A DNA stretch of 64,000 bases, from positions 384,001 through 448,000 of the forward strand of contig CAVWFS010000007.1 in the NCBI GenBank assembly GCA_963754315.1, read 5' to 3'. The stretch comes from an uncultured Candidatus Rokubacteria bacterium. GTDB taxonomy: Bacteria; Methylomirabilota; Methylomirabilia; Rokubacteriales; CSP1-6. The translations under genes were made by a program, and so were the position numbers. Shown here piece by piece: positions 1 through 11,946 of this stretch (position 1 is the first letter of the stretch; each line of letters begins with the position of its first letter). The notes under the pieces are model-generated. The model did not search any database, was not told where the DNA came from, and saw nothing but the letters and a program-made list of their open reading frames with translations.

Positions 1-244
1 TGGCCGTGAGCCCCCGCGTGGCGCCAGCGATGTCGTCGAGGGCGCGCAGATTGCCCTCGATGAAGGCCGGCTTGAACAGCAGGTCCTCGGGAGGATAGCC
101 GGTCACGGCGAGCTCCGGGAACGCCACCAGGTCGGCCCCCACCGCTCGAGCTCGGCCAATCCAGTCGATGATCTTCCGCGTGTTACCTTCGAGGTCTCCC
201 ACGGTTGGGTTGATCTGGGCGAGGGCGACCCGAAGGAGCCTCAT
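1..244 (-). CDS. nadE: Glutamine-dependent NAD+ synthetase, N-terminal part (runs off window)
   Basis: Manual translation from ATG at 244: MRLLRVALAQINPTVGDLEGN...ADLVAFPELAVTGYPPEDLLFKPAF, the nitrilase-like N-terminus of Gln-dependent NadE; not in ORF track. Confidence 0.9.
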   Translation of the reverse strand, partial: MRLLRVALAQINPTVGDLEGNTRKIIDWIGRARAVGADLVAFPELAVTGYPPEDLLFKPAFIEGNLRALDDIAGATRGLTA

Positions 245-381
245 ACCGGTATTGTACGCGGCAGCCAGTCGTGATATACGCTCGTTCAACCGCGAGACCA
301 ACGGCGCTCTCCCGCACAGCTTGACGCCCATGTGACGCCTGCGAAGGCATGAAAAACCGTGGTAGAGGAGAAGGAATGGTC

Positions 382-1903
382 ATGACACGTCGACTCGTAT
401 ACATCGTCGCCCTCGTGTTCGGTGCTCGGGCTCGCCGCGCTCCCCGCCCCCGCGCAGACCAAGGACACGCTCACCGTGTCCCTCACCAACCATGCCCCCA
501 CCATGGATCCCCACATGCATTTCGAACGGGTGGGCATCCTGGTCAACATCAACATGTTCGACTCGCTCCTCCATCGCAACGCCAAGCTGGAGTACGAGCC
601 CTCGCTGGCCACCTCCTGGAAGGCCGTCTCCGACACCGTGTGGGAGTTCAAGCTCCGCCGGAACGTGAAGTTCCACAACGGCGATACCCTCACCGCGGAG
701 GACGTGAAGTACTCGATCGACCGCGTCATCGACCCCGCCAAGAAGTCGCCCCAGTACGGGAACGTCCGGGCCATCAAAGAAGTCAAGATCATCGCCCCCG
801 ACACCGTTCACGTCGTGACCGACAAGCCGTTTCCCCTTCTCCTGGAGCGGCTGGTGTTCTTCCCCATCGTGCCCAAGAAGCACATCGAGAAAGTGGGCGA
901 TCAGGCCTTCGGCGCCACTGCCCCCGTGGGTACCGGCCCGTGGAAGTTCGTGGAGTGGAAGCGCGACCAGTACATCAAGCTCGAAGCCTTCGACGGCCAC
1001 TGGCGCGGCAAGCCGCCCTTCAAGACCCTCGTGTTCCGGGCCATCCCGGAGGTCGCCACCGAGGTGGCGGAGCTGAAGACCGGCGGCGTCGACATCGTCC
1101 GCAATGTCTCGGCGGACCTCGTGCCAGACTTGAAAGGCCACCCCCAGACCTACATCAGCGCCATCCCGATCCTGCGCGTGCACTATGTGATGCTCGACAT
1201 GCGCAGCGCGCCGTTCGACAAGAAGGCCGTGCGGCAGGCCGCGAACTACGCCATCGACAAGCAAGCCGTCATCCAGAAGCTGATGGGGGGATTCGGCTCT
1301 CAGGTGGCCACCGTCGTCCAGCCCGCCGCCTTTGGCCACGATCCGGCCGTCACACCCTATCCCTACGATCCCAAGAAGGCGAAGGAGCTGATGGCACAGG
1401 CGGGCTACGCCAGCGGCGTCGACGTGACCCTGCACAGTTCCAGCGTCGCCTTCCGGCCCGTGTTCGAGGCGATCAGCCAGATGCTGACCGAGGTCGGGAT
1501 CCGGGCCACCCCCAAGATGTGGGACCCGGGCCCGGCCTGGAACAAGGTCTTGCAGGGCGAGGGCAAGGCCACCCATGGTGCCTACAATAACTGGGGCAAC
1601 TACTCGGTCTTCGACGCCGACGCCGTGCTCCATCCGCTCTATCACACGGAGCCGGGAGGTTGGATCGGCAAGTGGTACGCGCGGGTGGAGGGGCTGGATA
1701 AGCTCATCGACGAGGGGCGCTCCACGGTGGATCAGCCCCGGCGCAAGCGGACCTACGCGCAGATCCAGCAGATGATCAAGGACGAGGCGCCGTCCATCTT
1801 CCTGTGGACTCAGTACGACATGCTGGGTATCTCCAAGAAGGTCGCGTACCAGGCCCGCGGCGACGAGTGGCTCTGGCTGTTCGACGCCAAGCCGAAGAAC
1901 TAG
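382..1903 (+). CDS. ABC transporter substrate-binding protein, family 5 (DppA/OppA-like); frameshift near 420 separates the signal peptide
   Basis: ORF 422-1903 with LATSW, VKFHNGD, PVGTGPWKF motifs; signal peptide MTRRLVYIVALVF in another frame from ATG 382. Confidence 0.9.
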
Positions 1904-1930
1904 CGGCCACCGACACACGCCACTCGGCCC

Positions 1931-2846
1931 ATGACGGCGCTGGTCATCCGTCGCCTCGTGCGCGTTCTCGTGGTGTGTGTCGGCGTCCAACTGGTGACGT
2001 TTCTCATCCTGCAAGCCAGCGGCGATCCAGTGTCGCTCATCATGCCCGAGGCGCCCGAGGCCGACCGAGCCGTCCTGCGCAAAGCGCTTGGGCTCGATCA
2101 GCCGCTGGCCGTGCAGTTCGCCCGCTTCGTGACGAGCAGCCTTCGCGGCGACTTCGGCCAGTCGTTCTTCCACCGCGAACCGGCCACCAAGCTCGTCCTC
2201 GAGCGCATGCCCACCACCCTCACCCTCACCCTGCTCGCCATGGTCCTGGCGGTGGTCGTGGCGTTGCCGGTGGGGATCGTCAGCGCTGTGCGGCGAAACT
2301 CAGCCCTCGATCACGCCGCCACCGTCACCGTGTTCCTCGGCCAGTCCACGCCGCTCTTCTTGACGGGGATCATGCTCATCCTGCTCTTCGGCGTGTACTG
2401 GCGCGTGCTGCCCGTGTCGGGCTGGGCCACGTGGACCTCAGCGGTGCTGCCGACGGTCACCCTCGGAACCTTTTCGGCGCCGCTCCTCTTGCGTATCGTC
2501 CGCTCGAGCATGCTGGAGGTCATCAATCTCGACTACGTCCGGACCGCCCGCGCCAAAGGCGTGACCGAATGGCTCGTCATCTGCCGGCACGCCCTGCGCA
2601 ACGCCGCCTTGCCCTTGGTGACGGTGGCTGGTCTGCAGTTCGGCCTCCTTCTCGGGTGGGGCGGTCATCACGGAGTCGGTGTTCGCGGTGCCTGGTGTGG
2701 GGCGGCTCATCGTGGGAGCGATCCGGCAACTCGACTTCCCGGTGGTGCAGGCGGGCGTATTCATACTGGCCATGATCGTGGTGACCGTCAATTTCACCGT
2801 CGACCTGCTCTACATCTTCCTCAATCCCCAGATTCGGTTGCGCTAG
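1931..2846 (+). CDS. ABC peptide/nickel transporter permease (DppB-like), frameshift near 2657
   Basis: GDFGQS and DYVRTARAKG (EAA loop); C-terminus GAVITESVF...DLLYIFLNPQIRLR continues in a shifted frame to TAG 2846. Confidence 0.9.
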
Positions 2847-2849
2847 CCT

Positions 2850-3763
2850 GTGGCCGTCGGCACTCTTCCCCGCCCTGATCTCGTCGATGCCCGTCCGGCC
2901 ACGGGCGGCCGCGAGGGGTCGCGTGCCTGGCGCAAGCTGACCCGGAACCCCTTGGCCCTGGCCGGGTCGCTCGTGCTCCTGGTGGTCATCGGGGCTGCGG
3001 TGGCTGCCCCGCACGTGGCTCCCCATGATCCGGCGCGACAGAGCCTCCTGCGGCGCTTCACTCCGCCGGTGTGGGAGAAGGGAGGCAATCCGGCCTATCC
3101 CCTCGGCACCGATCAAGTCGGGCGCGACATCCTGAGTCGGCTCATCCACGGCGGCTCGCATCTCGCTGCGCGGTCGGCATAGCGGCCGTCGTGGTCAGCC
3201 TTCTGGTCGGGGTCAGCCTCGGGCTCCTGAGTGGCTTCGTCGGGGGACGCGTCGATATGGTCATCATGACCGTGGTCGACGTCACCCTCTCCTTTCCCGG
3301 GCTCCTCCTCGCGCTGGCCTTCGTGGCGGCCCTTGGCCCGAGCGTCCTCACCATCATCCTGGTGCTCGGGTTAACGGGATGGGAGCGCTACGCGCGGGTG
3401 GTCCGGGCGGAGGTGCTGGCCCTGCGCGAGAAGGACTTCGTGGAGGCCGCGCGCGCCATGGGTGTCGGAACCACCCGCATCCTGTGCCGCCACCTGCTCC
3501 CAAACACCTTTTCCTCGATCATCGTGCTCTCGACCCTGCAAGTGGCCCAGGCCATCCTGGCGGAATCGGCCCTGTCCTTCCTCGGCGTCGGCAGTGGCAG
3601 CGCCTATCCGACCTGGGGGCAGATGACCGCCCTAGGCCGCGATGTCGTGACCGTGGCGTGGTGGGTCCCCACCTTCCCGGGACTGGCCATTCTCCTCACC
3701 GTGCTATCCATCAATCTGATCGGCGACCGGCTGCGAGACGCCCTCGACCCCCGCGCGAGTTAG
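2850..3763 (+). CDS. ABC peptide/nickel transporter permease (DppC-like), frameshift near 3150-3175
   Basis: YPLGTDQVGRDILSRL in ORF 2850-3182; DFVEAARAMG and GDRLRDALDPR in ORF 3071-3763. Confidence 0.9.
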
Positions 3764-3773
3764 AATCGATCCG

Positions 3774-3962
3774 ATGCGTCCCAAGGTCCCCTGGTTACCC
3801 TCTGAGCTGCAACCGGGCTCCGTGGCCGAGCGGTGTCCGGCCTGCGGGCAGGCGGCCTTCATACCCTGGACCTTGCGCCGGGATACGCAGTCCAAGCAAG
3901 TCGTACGCACCTGGGTCTGCACGGAGTGTCAGGTGACCGAGGAGCGTCCCGAACCCGACTGA
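3774..3962 (+). CDS. Small zinc-ribbon-like protein
   Basis: 62 aa with CPACG and WVCTEC pairs; fills the gap between convergent genes. Confidence 0.55.
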   Translation: MRPKVPWLPSELQPGSVAERCPACGQAAFIPWTLRRDTQSKQVVRTWVCTECQVTEERPEPD

Positions 3963-3983
3963 GCCCCGCCCGGCCGGCCGCGC

Positions 3984-5012
3984 CTACACGGAGTTGACGA
4001 AGTCGATCAGCTCGCGCAGCCGAGCATACGACGTCCGATTGAACATGAGGACGAGCCGCGGCAGCTCGGGAAACTCCGCGCGCTCACGCCGGATCGGTCC
4101 CATCACCTGCTGGATGGGCCCTTTGAAGATGTCGGCGAACCTGTCTTGGACGTCCTCGAGAGCGGCGGCAGGTAGCGGTCGCTGCAGGCGGAAGACGAGG
4201 TTCTCGCCGACGATGCGGGCCGAATGGTAGACGCGATAGAAGTGCGTCACCTCCCGCACCGCGTCCTCCACCGATGCGACGATGCGATAGAAGGACGTGT
4301 CGCGCGAATCGATGAGCCTCTGGGGTACCAAGGTCCCACGGACCCATTCTTCCCACCGTGTCCAGTAGGGTTGAGGCCCCGCCTCGATCATGACCATGGG
4401 GATGATCGCGGCCTTGCCCGTCTGCATCAGGGTGAGGACCTCGAAGGCCTCGTCCATCGTGCCGAAGCCGCCGGGCAAGAGGGCGAGGGCACTGGCTTCC
4501 TTCACCAGGAAGAGCTTGCGGGTGAAGAAGTACTTGAAGGTGATGAGCTTGGGGTCGGAAGCAATCCAGGCATTGGCCTCCTGCTCGAAGGGTAATCGAA
4601 TGTTGAGGCCGAAGCTCTGCTCGCCCCGGGCTCCCTCCTGGGCCGCCCCCATGATGCCCTCACCCGCCCCCGTGATCACCATCCAGCCAGCCTCGACCAG
4701 ACGGCGACCGAATTCTCGGGCCGCTCCCGCCGCCAGCCCCGAGGGCGGCGTCCGCGCGGAACCGAACACGGTCACCTTGCGTACGTGCCGGTACGGTGCG
4801 AAGACCTTGAAGGCATAGCGGAGCTCCTTGAGGGCGGTCGCCGCGATGCGGAGATCACCCACGAGAGCCTCGTCGTCGTTGAGCTTGAGGGCGGTGATGA
4901 GGAGCTGCTGGTAGAGGCCCCGTCGGTCGAGGGGCACGCCGGCTACGTCGAGCAGCTCCAGGATCAGGCGATTGGCCGCGTCGCTCTTGACTTGATACCG
5001 GCGCTCAGCCAC
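3984..5012 (-). CDS. LOG family (Rossmann fold) nucleotide phosphoribohydrolase, long form
   Basis: VTVFGSAR, ITGAGEGIM, FKYFFTRK and PGGFGTMDE motifs. Confidence 0.9.
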   Translation of the reverse strand: MAERRYQVKSDAANRLILELLDVAGVPLDRRGLYQQLLITALKLNDDEALVGDLRIAATALKELRYAFKVFAPYRHVRKVTVFGSARTPPSGLAAGAAREFGRRLVEAGWMVITGAGEGIMGAAQEGARGEQSFGLNIRLPFEQEANAWIASDPKLITFKYFFTRKLFLVKEASALALLPGGFGTMDEAFEVLTLMQTGKAAIIPMVMIEAGPQPYWTRWEEWVRGTLVPQRLIDSRDTSFYRIVASVEDAVREVTHFYRVYHSARIVGENLVFRLQRPLPAAALEDVQDRFADIFKGPIQQVMGPIRRERAEFPELPRLVLMFNRTSYARLRELIDFVNSV

Positions 5013-5016
5013 GGCT

Positions 5017-5931
5017 TCAGTATACCGTCAAGGTGACAGCCCGGCTCACGGTGAGTAGCAGCCCTGCCACGATGAGAGCGCCGCCCATCGCCGTGAAGAG
5101 CGTGAAGGCCTCGCCGAGGAGCACCACGCCCAGGAGCGCGCCCACGATCGGCTGGACGGTGAGGAAAATCGCGGCACGAGGAGCCGGGATGCGCGCGAGG
5201 GCCCAGTTCCACACGAGATAGCCGAAGGCGGTGATGACGATCGACAGATAGCCGACTCCCAGGAGCACGCCAGGGCTCCACGGAACGAGCGGCCGCGACG
5301 GAAACTCGAGAGCGGCCAGCGGCACCATCGCGACCACGCCCCACAGGATCGACTGGGTGGTTACCCGGAGCGGATCATGGCGCAGGAGCACATCGCGCCC
5401 CAGCAGGGAGTAGGCGCCATACGCGAGGCCCGCCAGGATGAGCAACGTATCCCCTCGCCAGTGTGGCACCAGGCGTCCGCTCATCCCCGGGATCCCGTTG
5501 ACCACCACGACGACGGTTCCAAAGAGAGCGAGTGCCGCGCCCGCTGCTTCCCGCTGACTCAGCCGCTCGCCGAGGAGCACCGGGGACAGCAGCATGACCG
5601 CCACCGGCTCCACGACGATGAGCAAGGCGGCATTGCTGGCCGTCGACAGGAGAATCCCCCAGTGCGAGAGGGCGAACGCGGCCGCGAAGCCGATAACGCC
5701 CATGCCGGCCACCCGCCACCGATCAGCCGGGGTCACGGCCTCGGGAGGCCCGAGCCTCAGTCGTCCCCGACAAGAGCCGAGCAGGATCAGCGCACCGACC
5801 ACCAGGCGAACGAGGGCCAGAAGCGCCGGCGGCACCGTCTCCAGGACGACACGCGAGGCCGCGTAGGACGTGGAGTAGAGAACGTTGGCGAGGAGGAGGA
5901 CAACGTCAGGAAGGAGCACGCCCCTGAGCAT
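5017..5931 (-). CDS. DMT/EamA family transporter
   Basis: About 10 TM helices in a duplicated EamA pattern (LLGERLS, LLGEAFT); probable start MLRGVLL at 5931. Confidence 0.85.
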   Translation of the reverse strand: MLRGVLLPDVVLLLANVLYSTSYAASRVVLETVPPALLALVRLVVGALILLGSCRGRLRLGPPEAVTPADRWRVAGMGVIGFAAAFALSHWGILLSTASNAALLIVVEPVAVMLLSPVLLGERLSQREAAGAALALFGTVVVVVNGIPGMSGRLVPHWRGDTLLILAGLAYGAYSLLGRDVLLRHDPLRVTTQSILWGVVAMVPLAALEFPSRPLVPWSPGVLLGVGYLSIVITAFGYLVWNWALARIPAPRAAIFLTVQPIVGALLGVVLLGEAFTLFTAMGGALIVAGLLLTVSRAVTLTVY

Positions 5932-6518
5932 ACGGCAGCAGCGCCGCGGCCACCCGAATCGCCACCTCCGGCCCGGCCGCCGGCGGCGAGACAACCTCCC
6001 GCACGGTATCGACGATGACGATGGGGGGCAGAGGCTGGTCTCGCTGGGGATCCTGCCAGCGGCGTCGAATATCGCGGTACACCGCCAGGTCGCTGGCCTC
6101 GCACTCGGGTTGATGCTCCCGCCCCCGCCGGGCCACGAAGCGCCGCTCGATCTCCTGGAGGTCGTCGCAGCAACACAGCACCACGACGGCCACGGCGCCG
6201 TGGGCATGACAGATGGCGTGCACGGCGCGCCGGCGCTCCCGCTCCCCATGGACGGCGTCGACGATCACCGGATCTCCTTCCCGCCCCTAGGGCCTGGGTG
6301 AGCCGACGGCCCATCTCGGCGTACGCCGCGTCCCGCGCGGCATCGTAGGCGCTCACATCACGGGTGAAGCCCGCCGTGCGCTCCACCCAGGCCGGCAGCG
6401 AGATCCCGAGGTCGGCGTAGACGTCGCAGCTGCGGATGAGCATGCCCCCCAGCTGGCCATGCAGGCGTTGGGCAGCAGTCGTCTTGCCGGTGGCCGGCAA
6501 GCCCGCCATGACGACCAC
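5906..6518 (-). CDS. P-loop kinase (AAA_33-like), frameshift near 6285
   Basis: VVMAGLPATGKTT Walker A in ORF 5787-6518; IVDAVH...R continues in ORF 5906-6268. Confidence 0.7.
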
Positions 6519-6540
6519 CAGCCGGGGAGGGACCGATCCC

Positions 6541-7197
6541 TCAGGCGAGGGTGTGCCTCACCATCTTGCTCTCCACCATGTAGATCACCATCTCGGCGAT
6601 GTTGGTGGCGTGGTCGGCCACCCGCTCCAGGAAGCGTGAGACGAGGATCAGCCGGATGGCGCGGGGGATGGTCTTGGGATCCTCCATCATGAAGGTGAGC
6701 AGCTCGCGGAAGATCTGCTCCTTGAAAGCGTCGACGCTGTCGTCCTCCCCACACACCTGGCGGGCGAGGTCGGTGTCGCGGGCCACGAAGGCGTCCAGGC
6801 TCTCCTTCACCATGCGCTGGGCCTGGTCGGCCATGCGGGGAATGTCGATGTACGGCTTGAGCTGAGGCTCGCGATTCAGCTCGACCACACGCTGGGCGAT
6901 GTTCACCGCCTGGTCGCCGATCCGCTCCAGATCGGTCACGATCTTCATGGCCGTGGTGATGAAGCGGAGATCGCCCGCCGTTGGCTGGTGCAGCGCGAGC
7001 AGCTCCACGCACTTCTCGTCGACCTCAACGTCGTAGGTGTTCACTTCACGGTCACGCTCGATGACTTCCTGGGCCAGGTCGCTGTCGCGCTCGATCAGCG
7101 CCTGCACCACTCGGCGGATCTGGTCCTCTACCAATCCGCCCATGGCGAGCAGGGTCTGCTTGAGCGTCTCCAGCTCTTCGTGGAAGTGTCGCTGCAT
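6541..7197 (-). CDS. phoU: Phosphate signalling protein PhoU
   Basis: HQPTAGDLR, DLERIGD and LERVADHATNIAE motifs. Confidence 0.97.
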   Translation of the reverse strand: MQRHFHEELETLKQTLLAMGGLVEDQIRRVVQALIERDSDLAQEVIERDREVNTYDVEVDEKCVELLALHQPTAGDLRFITTAMKIVTDLERIGDQAVNIAQRVVELNREPQLKPYIDIPRMADQAQRMVKESLDAFVARDTDLARQVCGEDDSVDAFKEQIFRELLTFMMEDPKTIPRAIRLILVSRFLERVADHATNIAEMVIYMVESKMVRHTLA

Positions 7198-7210
7198 CGC
7201 TCCCCCCAGC

Positions 7211-8017
7211 CTAGCCGAAACGGCCCGTGATGTAGTCCTCGGTCCTCTTGTCGCGCGGGTTGGTGAATAGCTCCCGGGTCACCCCGAACTCGGCCAACTC
7301 TCCGAGCAGCATGAACCCCGTGTAGTCGGAGACGCGGGCGGCCTGCTGCATGTTGTGGGTCACAATCACGATGGTATAGCTGTTCTTCAGCTCGAGCATC
7401 AGTTCTTCGATCTTGGCGGTGGCGATCGGATCGAGGGCCGAGCAGGGCTCGTCCATGAGCAGCACGTCGGGTTCCACGGCGATGGCGCGGGCGATGCACA
7501 GTCGCTGCTGCTGGCCCCCCGACAACCCGAGGGCGCTGTCGCGCAGGCGGTCGTTCACTTCGTCCCACAGGGCCGCCGCGCGCAGGCTCCGTTCCACGAT
7601 ACCGTCGAGGTCCGTGCGGCTCCCGACCCCGAGGATCCGGGGACCGTAGGCGACGTTCTCGTAGACCGACTTGGGAAACGGGTTGGACTTCTGGAAGACC
7701 ATGCCCACCCGCTTGCGCAATTCGGTCACGTCCAAGGTCGGATCGTAGATGTCGGTGCCCCCGATCCGGATGGTGCCCGTGGTACGAACACCATCTATCA
7801 GATCGTTCATGCGATTCAGACACCGCAGCAAGGTGCTCTTGCCGCAGCCAGAGGGGCCGATATAGGCGGTGATCCGGTGCTTGGGCACGGACATGGTGAC
7901 GTCCTTGAGGGCCTGCTTGGTTCCGTACCAGAGGTTGAGCTTCTCGATCTCCACCATCGGTGCTTCCATGATACCGGCCAGGGTGGCATGAGGATTCAGG
8001 GCGGCCGTCAGCTGCAT
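7211..8017 (-). CDS. pstB: Phosphate ABC transporter ATPase PstB
   Basis: [31 protein letters not shown] and EDYITGRFG. Confidence 0.97.
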   Translation of the reverse strand: MQLTAALNPHATLAGIMEAPMVEIEKLNLWYGTKQALKDVTMSVPKHRITAYIGPSGCGKSTLLRCLNRMNDLIDGVRTTGTIRIGGTDIYDPTLDVTELRKRVGMVFQKSNPFPKSVYENVAYGPRILGVGSRTDLDGIVERSLRAAALWDEVNDRLRDSALGLSGGQQQRLCIARAIAVEPDVLLMDEPCSALDPIATAKIEELMLELKNSYTIVIVTHNMQQAARVSDYTGFMLLGELAEFGVTRELFTNPRDKRTEDYITGRFG

Positions 8018-8057
8018 TGGGGTCCCCTCGAGCGCGGGGCGGGGGGCGCGCATGTCC

Positions 8058-9659
8058 TTACACCGCCGATGTCGCGTATTTCCGGCGCAGCCGGTTACGC
8101 AAGGTGATGGCAAACAGGTTCATGAAGACCACGATGAGCAGGAGGAGGAAGGCGGTGGCGAACACCATGGGGCGCGCGGCATCGACATTGGGCGACTGAA
8201 AGCCGACGTCGTAGATGTGAAAGCCCAGGTGCATGAATTTGCGGTCGAGGTGCAGGAAGGGCCAGAACCCGTCAATCGGCAAGGCGGGAGCCAGCTTCAC
8301 GACCCCGGTGAGCATGAGAGGCGCCACCTCACCGGCGGCGCGGGCCATGGCCAGGATGAGGCCGGTCAGAATCGACGGCATCACCGCGGGCAGCACCACG
8401 CGGAGAGTCGTCTCCAGCTTGGTGGCCCCTAGCGCCAGCGAGGCCTCGCGTGTCGCTCGGGGAATCGCGGCCAGTCCCTCTTCGGTGGCCACGATGACAA
8501 CGGGGATGGTCAGCACGGCCAAGGTGAGAGACGCCCACAGTATGCCGCCCGTCCCGAACGTGGGGGTGGGCAGTGACTCCGCGAAGAACAACTGATCGAT
8601 GGTGCCGCCCATGAAATAGATGAAGAATCCGACCCCGAACACCCCGAAGACGATGGACGGAACACCCGCCAGGTTGTTGACGGCGATGCGGACGGTACTG
8701 ACAAACGCCCCCTGCCGCGCGTACTCCCGCAGGTAGAACGCGGCCAGAACGCCGAGAGGCGTGACCAAGATGCTCATGATGAGGACCATCATGACGGTCC
8801 CGAAGATGGCCGGGAAAACACCGCCTTCCGTGTTGGCCTCGCGCGGATCATCAGCCACAAAGGCCCACAGACCGGCCATGTAGTGTCCGAGCTTGGCCGG
8901 TAGCCCCATGGAGTTCGGGAAATACACGTCAACGATCTGGGCCAAGGGTACCTCCTTGTCCTTGCCCCCGTCGGCCCTCACCACAAGATTCAAGGTCTCC
9001 CGAGTCCTCAGCTCGGCCAGCCGCGCCGCCTCCTGCTTGTAGCGCTCCTGGAGGGCCGCCATCTCTGCTCGTAAGGCCTCCAGCCGCGGCCCGCTCGTGT
9101 CTCCGGCCAGCTCGAGACGGCGAAGACCCAGCCGGATGTTCTCTTGGGCGTGATTGATGGCGCCGATATCGCCCTTCTCGATAGCGCGGATCTCGCGCCG
9201 GAGCTTGGCCACTTCCGGCATTCGCTCGGCGAGGACGGTCAGCGAGGCCGCCACCCCGGAGGCGATGACCTGTCCGCGGTCGGTAACCGCCACCAGGCGC
9301 CCGATGAGGATGCCCCACTCCGTGCGATCGATCACGGCGACATCGCGCGGATATTCGCCTCGGGCGATGCTCGCCTCGTCCACCCACACGAAGTCAGCGC
9401 CATAGAGATCTCGGTTCGCTACCCTGATCTTGATGCGGTGCTCGCCGGGCTGCCCGGGAATACCTTCCCGGGCGACGATGGGACCCGTCAGTACCTTGCC
9501 GTCCTTCAATGTCACCTGGGCTACGGCGGCCGGCCAGAAAAAGCCGAAGCCGTTGTACAGGATGAGCGCGATCAGTCCCGCCACCATGAGCAGGGAGATG
9601 GCGAGGGCCCCTCCGGTGAGCCACACGAATGGTTCGCCGCTCGTCCACAGCTTCTTCAT
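8058..9659 (-). CDS. pstA: Phosphate ABC transporter permease PstA, long form with periplasmic insertion
   Basis: [29 protein letters not shown] and [10 protein letters not shown]; start [10 protein letters not shown] at 9659. Confidence 0.93.
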   Translation of the reverse strand: MKKLWTSGEPFVWLTGGALAISLLMVAGLIALILYNGFGFFWPAAVAQVTLKDGKVLTGPIVAREGIPGQPGEHRIKIRVANRDLYGADFVWVDEASIARGEYPRDVAVIDRTEWGILIGRLVAVTDRGQVIASGVAASLTVLAERMPEVAKLRREIRAIEKGDIGAINHAQENIRLGLRRLELAGDTSGPRLEALRAEMAALQERYKQEAARLAELRTRETLNLVVRADGGKDKEVPLAQIVDVYFPNSMGLPAKLGHYMAGLWAFVADDPREANTEGGVFPAIFGTVMMVLIMSILVTPLGVLAAFYLREYARQGAFVSTVRIAVNNLAGVPSIVFGVFGVGFFIYFMGGTIDQLFFAESLPTPTFGTGGILWASLTLAVLTIPVVIVATEEGLAAIPRATREASLALGATKLETTLRVVLPAVMPSILTGLILAMARAAGEVAPLMLTGVVKLAPALPIDGFWPFLHLDRKFMHLGFHIYDVGFQSPNVDAARPMVFATAFLLLLIVVFMNLFAITLRNRLRRKYATSAV

Positions 9660-11946
9660 AGGTAACGAAACTTCTCGCGCAATCGCAGGCGAACCAACTC
9701 TGCCACCGTGTTGAGCACGAAAGTCAAGCAGAACAGCAGGAAGGCGGCCAGGAAGAGCACGCGGAAGAGACTGCCGCCTTCCGGGGCCTCCGGAAGCTCG
9801 ACGGCGATATTGGCCGACAGTGCCCGAAACCCGTTGAAGATCGACCAATCCATGACCGGCGTGTTCCCGGTCGCCATCAGGACGATCATCGTCTCCCCCA
9901 CCGCTCGCCCGAACCCGATCATGATGGCGGAGAAAATTCCTGGGCTGGCCGTCGGCAACACGATCCAGATCGCTGTCTGCCACCGGGTCGCCCCCAGCGC
10001 CAGCGAGCCGGCCCGCAGATGCTGGGGCACATTCGCCAACGAGTCCTCGGTGATGGTGAAGATGATCGGGATGACGGCAAAGCCCATGGCCACCCCGACC
10101 ACGACGGAGTTACGCTGATCGAAGGTCAGGCCCAGGACCGAGAGAAGCCAAGCCCGATAGTCACCCCCGAGGAGCTTCGACTCCACCACGCCGCCCAGGG
10201 CAAAGGCAATCCAGGCGCCGACGACAACCACAGGCAACAGAAGAAATACCTCGCCGCCGGTGCGCAGGCGTCCGCGAAGAGAGATTGGCACGAGCCGCCA
10301 GACCAACAGAGCGACCAGTATGCACGCCACCTGTACCAGCGGCAGCACGGCCAGCCCCGGCAGGATGCGCTCGAGTACGGGCGCCAGCCACAGGCCGGCC
10401 AGAAAGCCCAGGACCACGCTGGGGAGCGCCGCCATGATCTCGACCACCGGCTTGACGTAGGCCTTGATGCCAGGATGCATGAACTCGCTCACGTACAGGG
10501 CGGCCAGCAACGCCAGGGGGATGGCAAACAACAACGCGTAGGTCGTGCCCTTCAACGTGCCGAAAATCAGCGGGGTCAGGCTGAATTTGGCCTCGAAGTC
10601 ATCGGTGCCGCCCGTTGACTGCCAGACGAATGCCGGTTGCCGAGTACCCTTCGTACCAGACCTTGCCAAAGAGCGTCTTGAGTGTGACCTCGGGATGGGG
10701 ATTGTCGATGCGCCACTGCCCAACCTTTCCCTCCGCGTCGGCCACGAATACCGCATCGCCCTTGGGCGCGAAAGTGAGCGACCGCAGAGAGTGGCCCTCT
10801 GTCTTCAGCGCGAGAAGGGTTGCGCCTGACGTTCCATAGTTGAGATGCACGCCGCCCCTGCGTATCTCCGCTGACGAAGCCCTTGTCACGCCGGGAGGCG
10901 GCCAGGGCGACCACGGGCGCCCCGTGCCTGGAAAACTCGTAGTTACGGGTGAGACGCGCAGGACCGCCCTGGGGAGGAGGTACCACTTGCCACGATGAAA
11001 CGCGACCCCCTTCGTCCCCAACGAGCAGGGTCCGATCACCGATGAGGAACTCCAGGGCGGTGATCGGGTGGCCGTCAGGCGAGGTGGCGACGATTTCGGC
11101 CCGCGCGGGATGAGCCCGATCGCGGAGGTCATACCGAACGATCTGTCCACTCCCGGTCCCGAGGAAAAGATCCTCGCCCCGCCCGTCCATTCTCATGGCC
11201 GTCACCGCACCGCTTGAGCCGACCGTAAGCGGGGTGAGCGTCTCTTCCCTCGTTCCGCCCTGGATCAGCCCCTTCTTCTCGACCACGGCTTGCACGACCA
11301 GCTCCTGTGGCCCGAGCTGGGCGACGGAAATAGGCCCACCCTTGGTGTCGGCGGACGTTACCCGCAGTATCGGGTGCTTGCCGGACGGATCGACGACCGA
11401 CGGTGGGCCGAAGACGGGATCCGCGCGCACCGTCCTTCGACCGTCCTTGAACTGGACGTCGAACTTCATCTCCAGTGGGATGACCCGGCCATCGCTCGTC
11501 CCCAGCAGATAGCGGTCCTTGCCCGCCTGACCGATGGAGACGACCTGCGCCCCGTCCAGACCGGGAATCGCCACCGTGGTCAGGCCGGCGCCCGTCTTGG
11601 GACTGAGCACACGGAGCTCCGTCGCCGTCACTCCGAATGCGGCCTCCCGATACTCGTCGACGCCGAGACTACCTGGCAAGAGCGTACCGCCCGCCCCGGT
11701 CGCCACCATCGGATGAGAGCCCAGCCAGTGGGCCGCCGGCGCCCTGAACAGCGGGTACACCTCGACAGCGATCACCACCAGGATGGCCAAGATGGCGGCA
11801 ATAATGAGGAGGCCCCCTCCCACGACGAGGCGGGAGGCAAGCCGATCGAGAAGGACTCGCCGATCCGTGCGAGCCTTAGAAACGCCGAGCGGGCGGGCCG
11901 GAGTTTTCGGCCCGCCCGCTCGCAGTGTTTCTACGTGAGTGGCCAC
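9656..11946 (-). CDS. pstC: Phosphate ABC transporter permease PstC, long form with beta-propeller-like domain; two frameshifts (~10635, ~10860)
   Basis: Pieces in ORFs 10576-11946, 10599-11150 and 9656-10756; [13 protein letters not shown] and [16 protein letters not shown]. Confidence 0.9.

Noticed and set aside
9656..11946. Unusually long PstC/PstA with extra soluble domains
   Set aside because: Long-form PstC/PstA are already known in several bacterial groups
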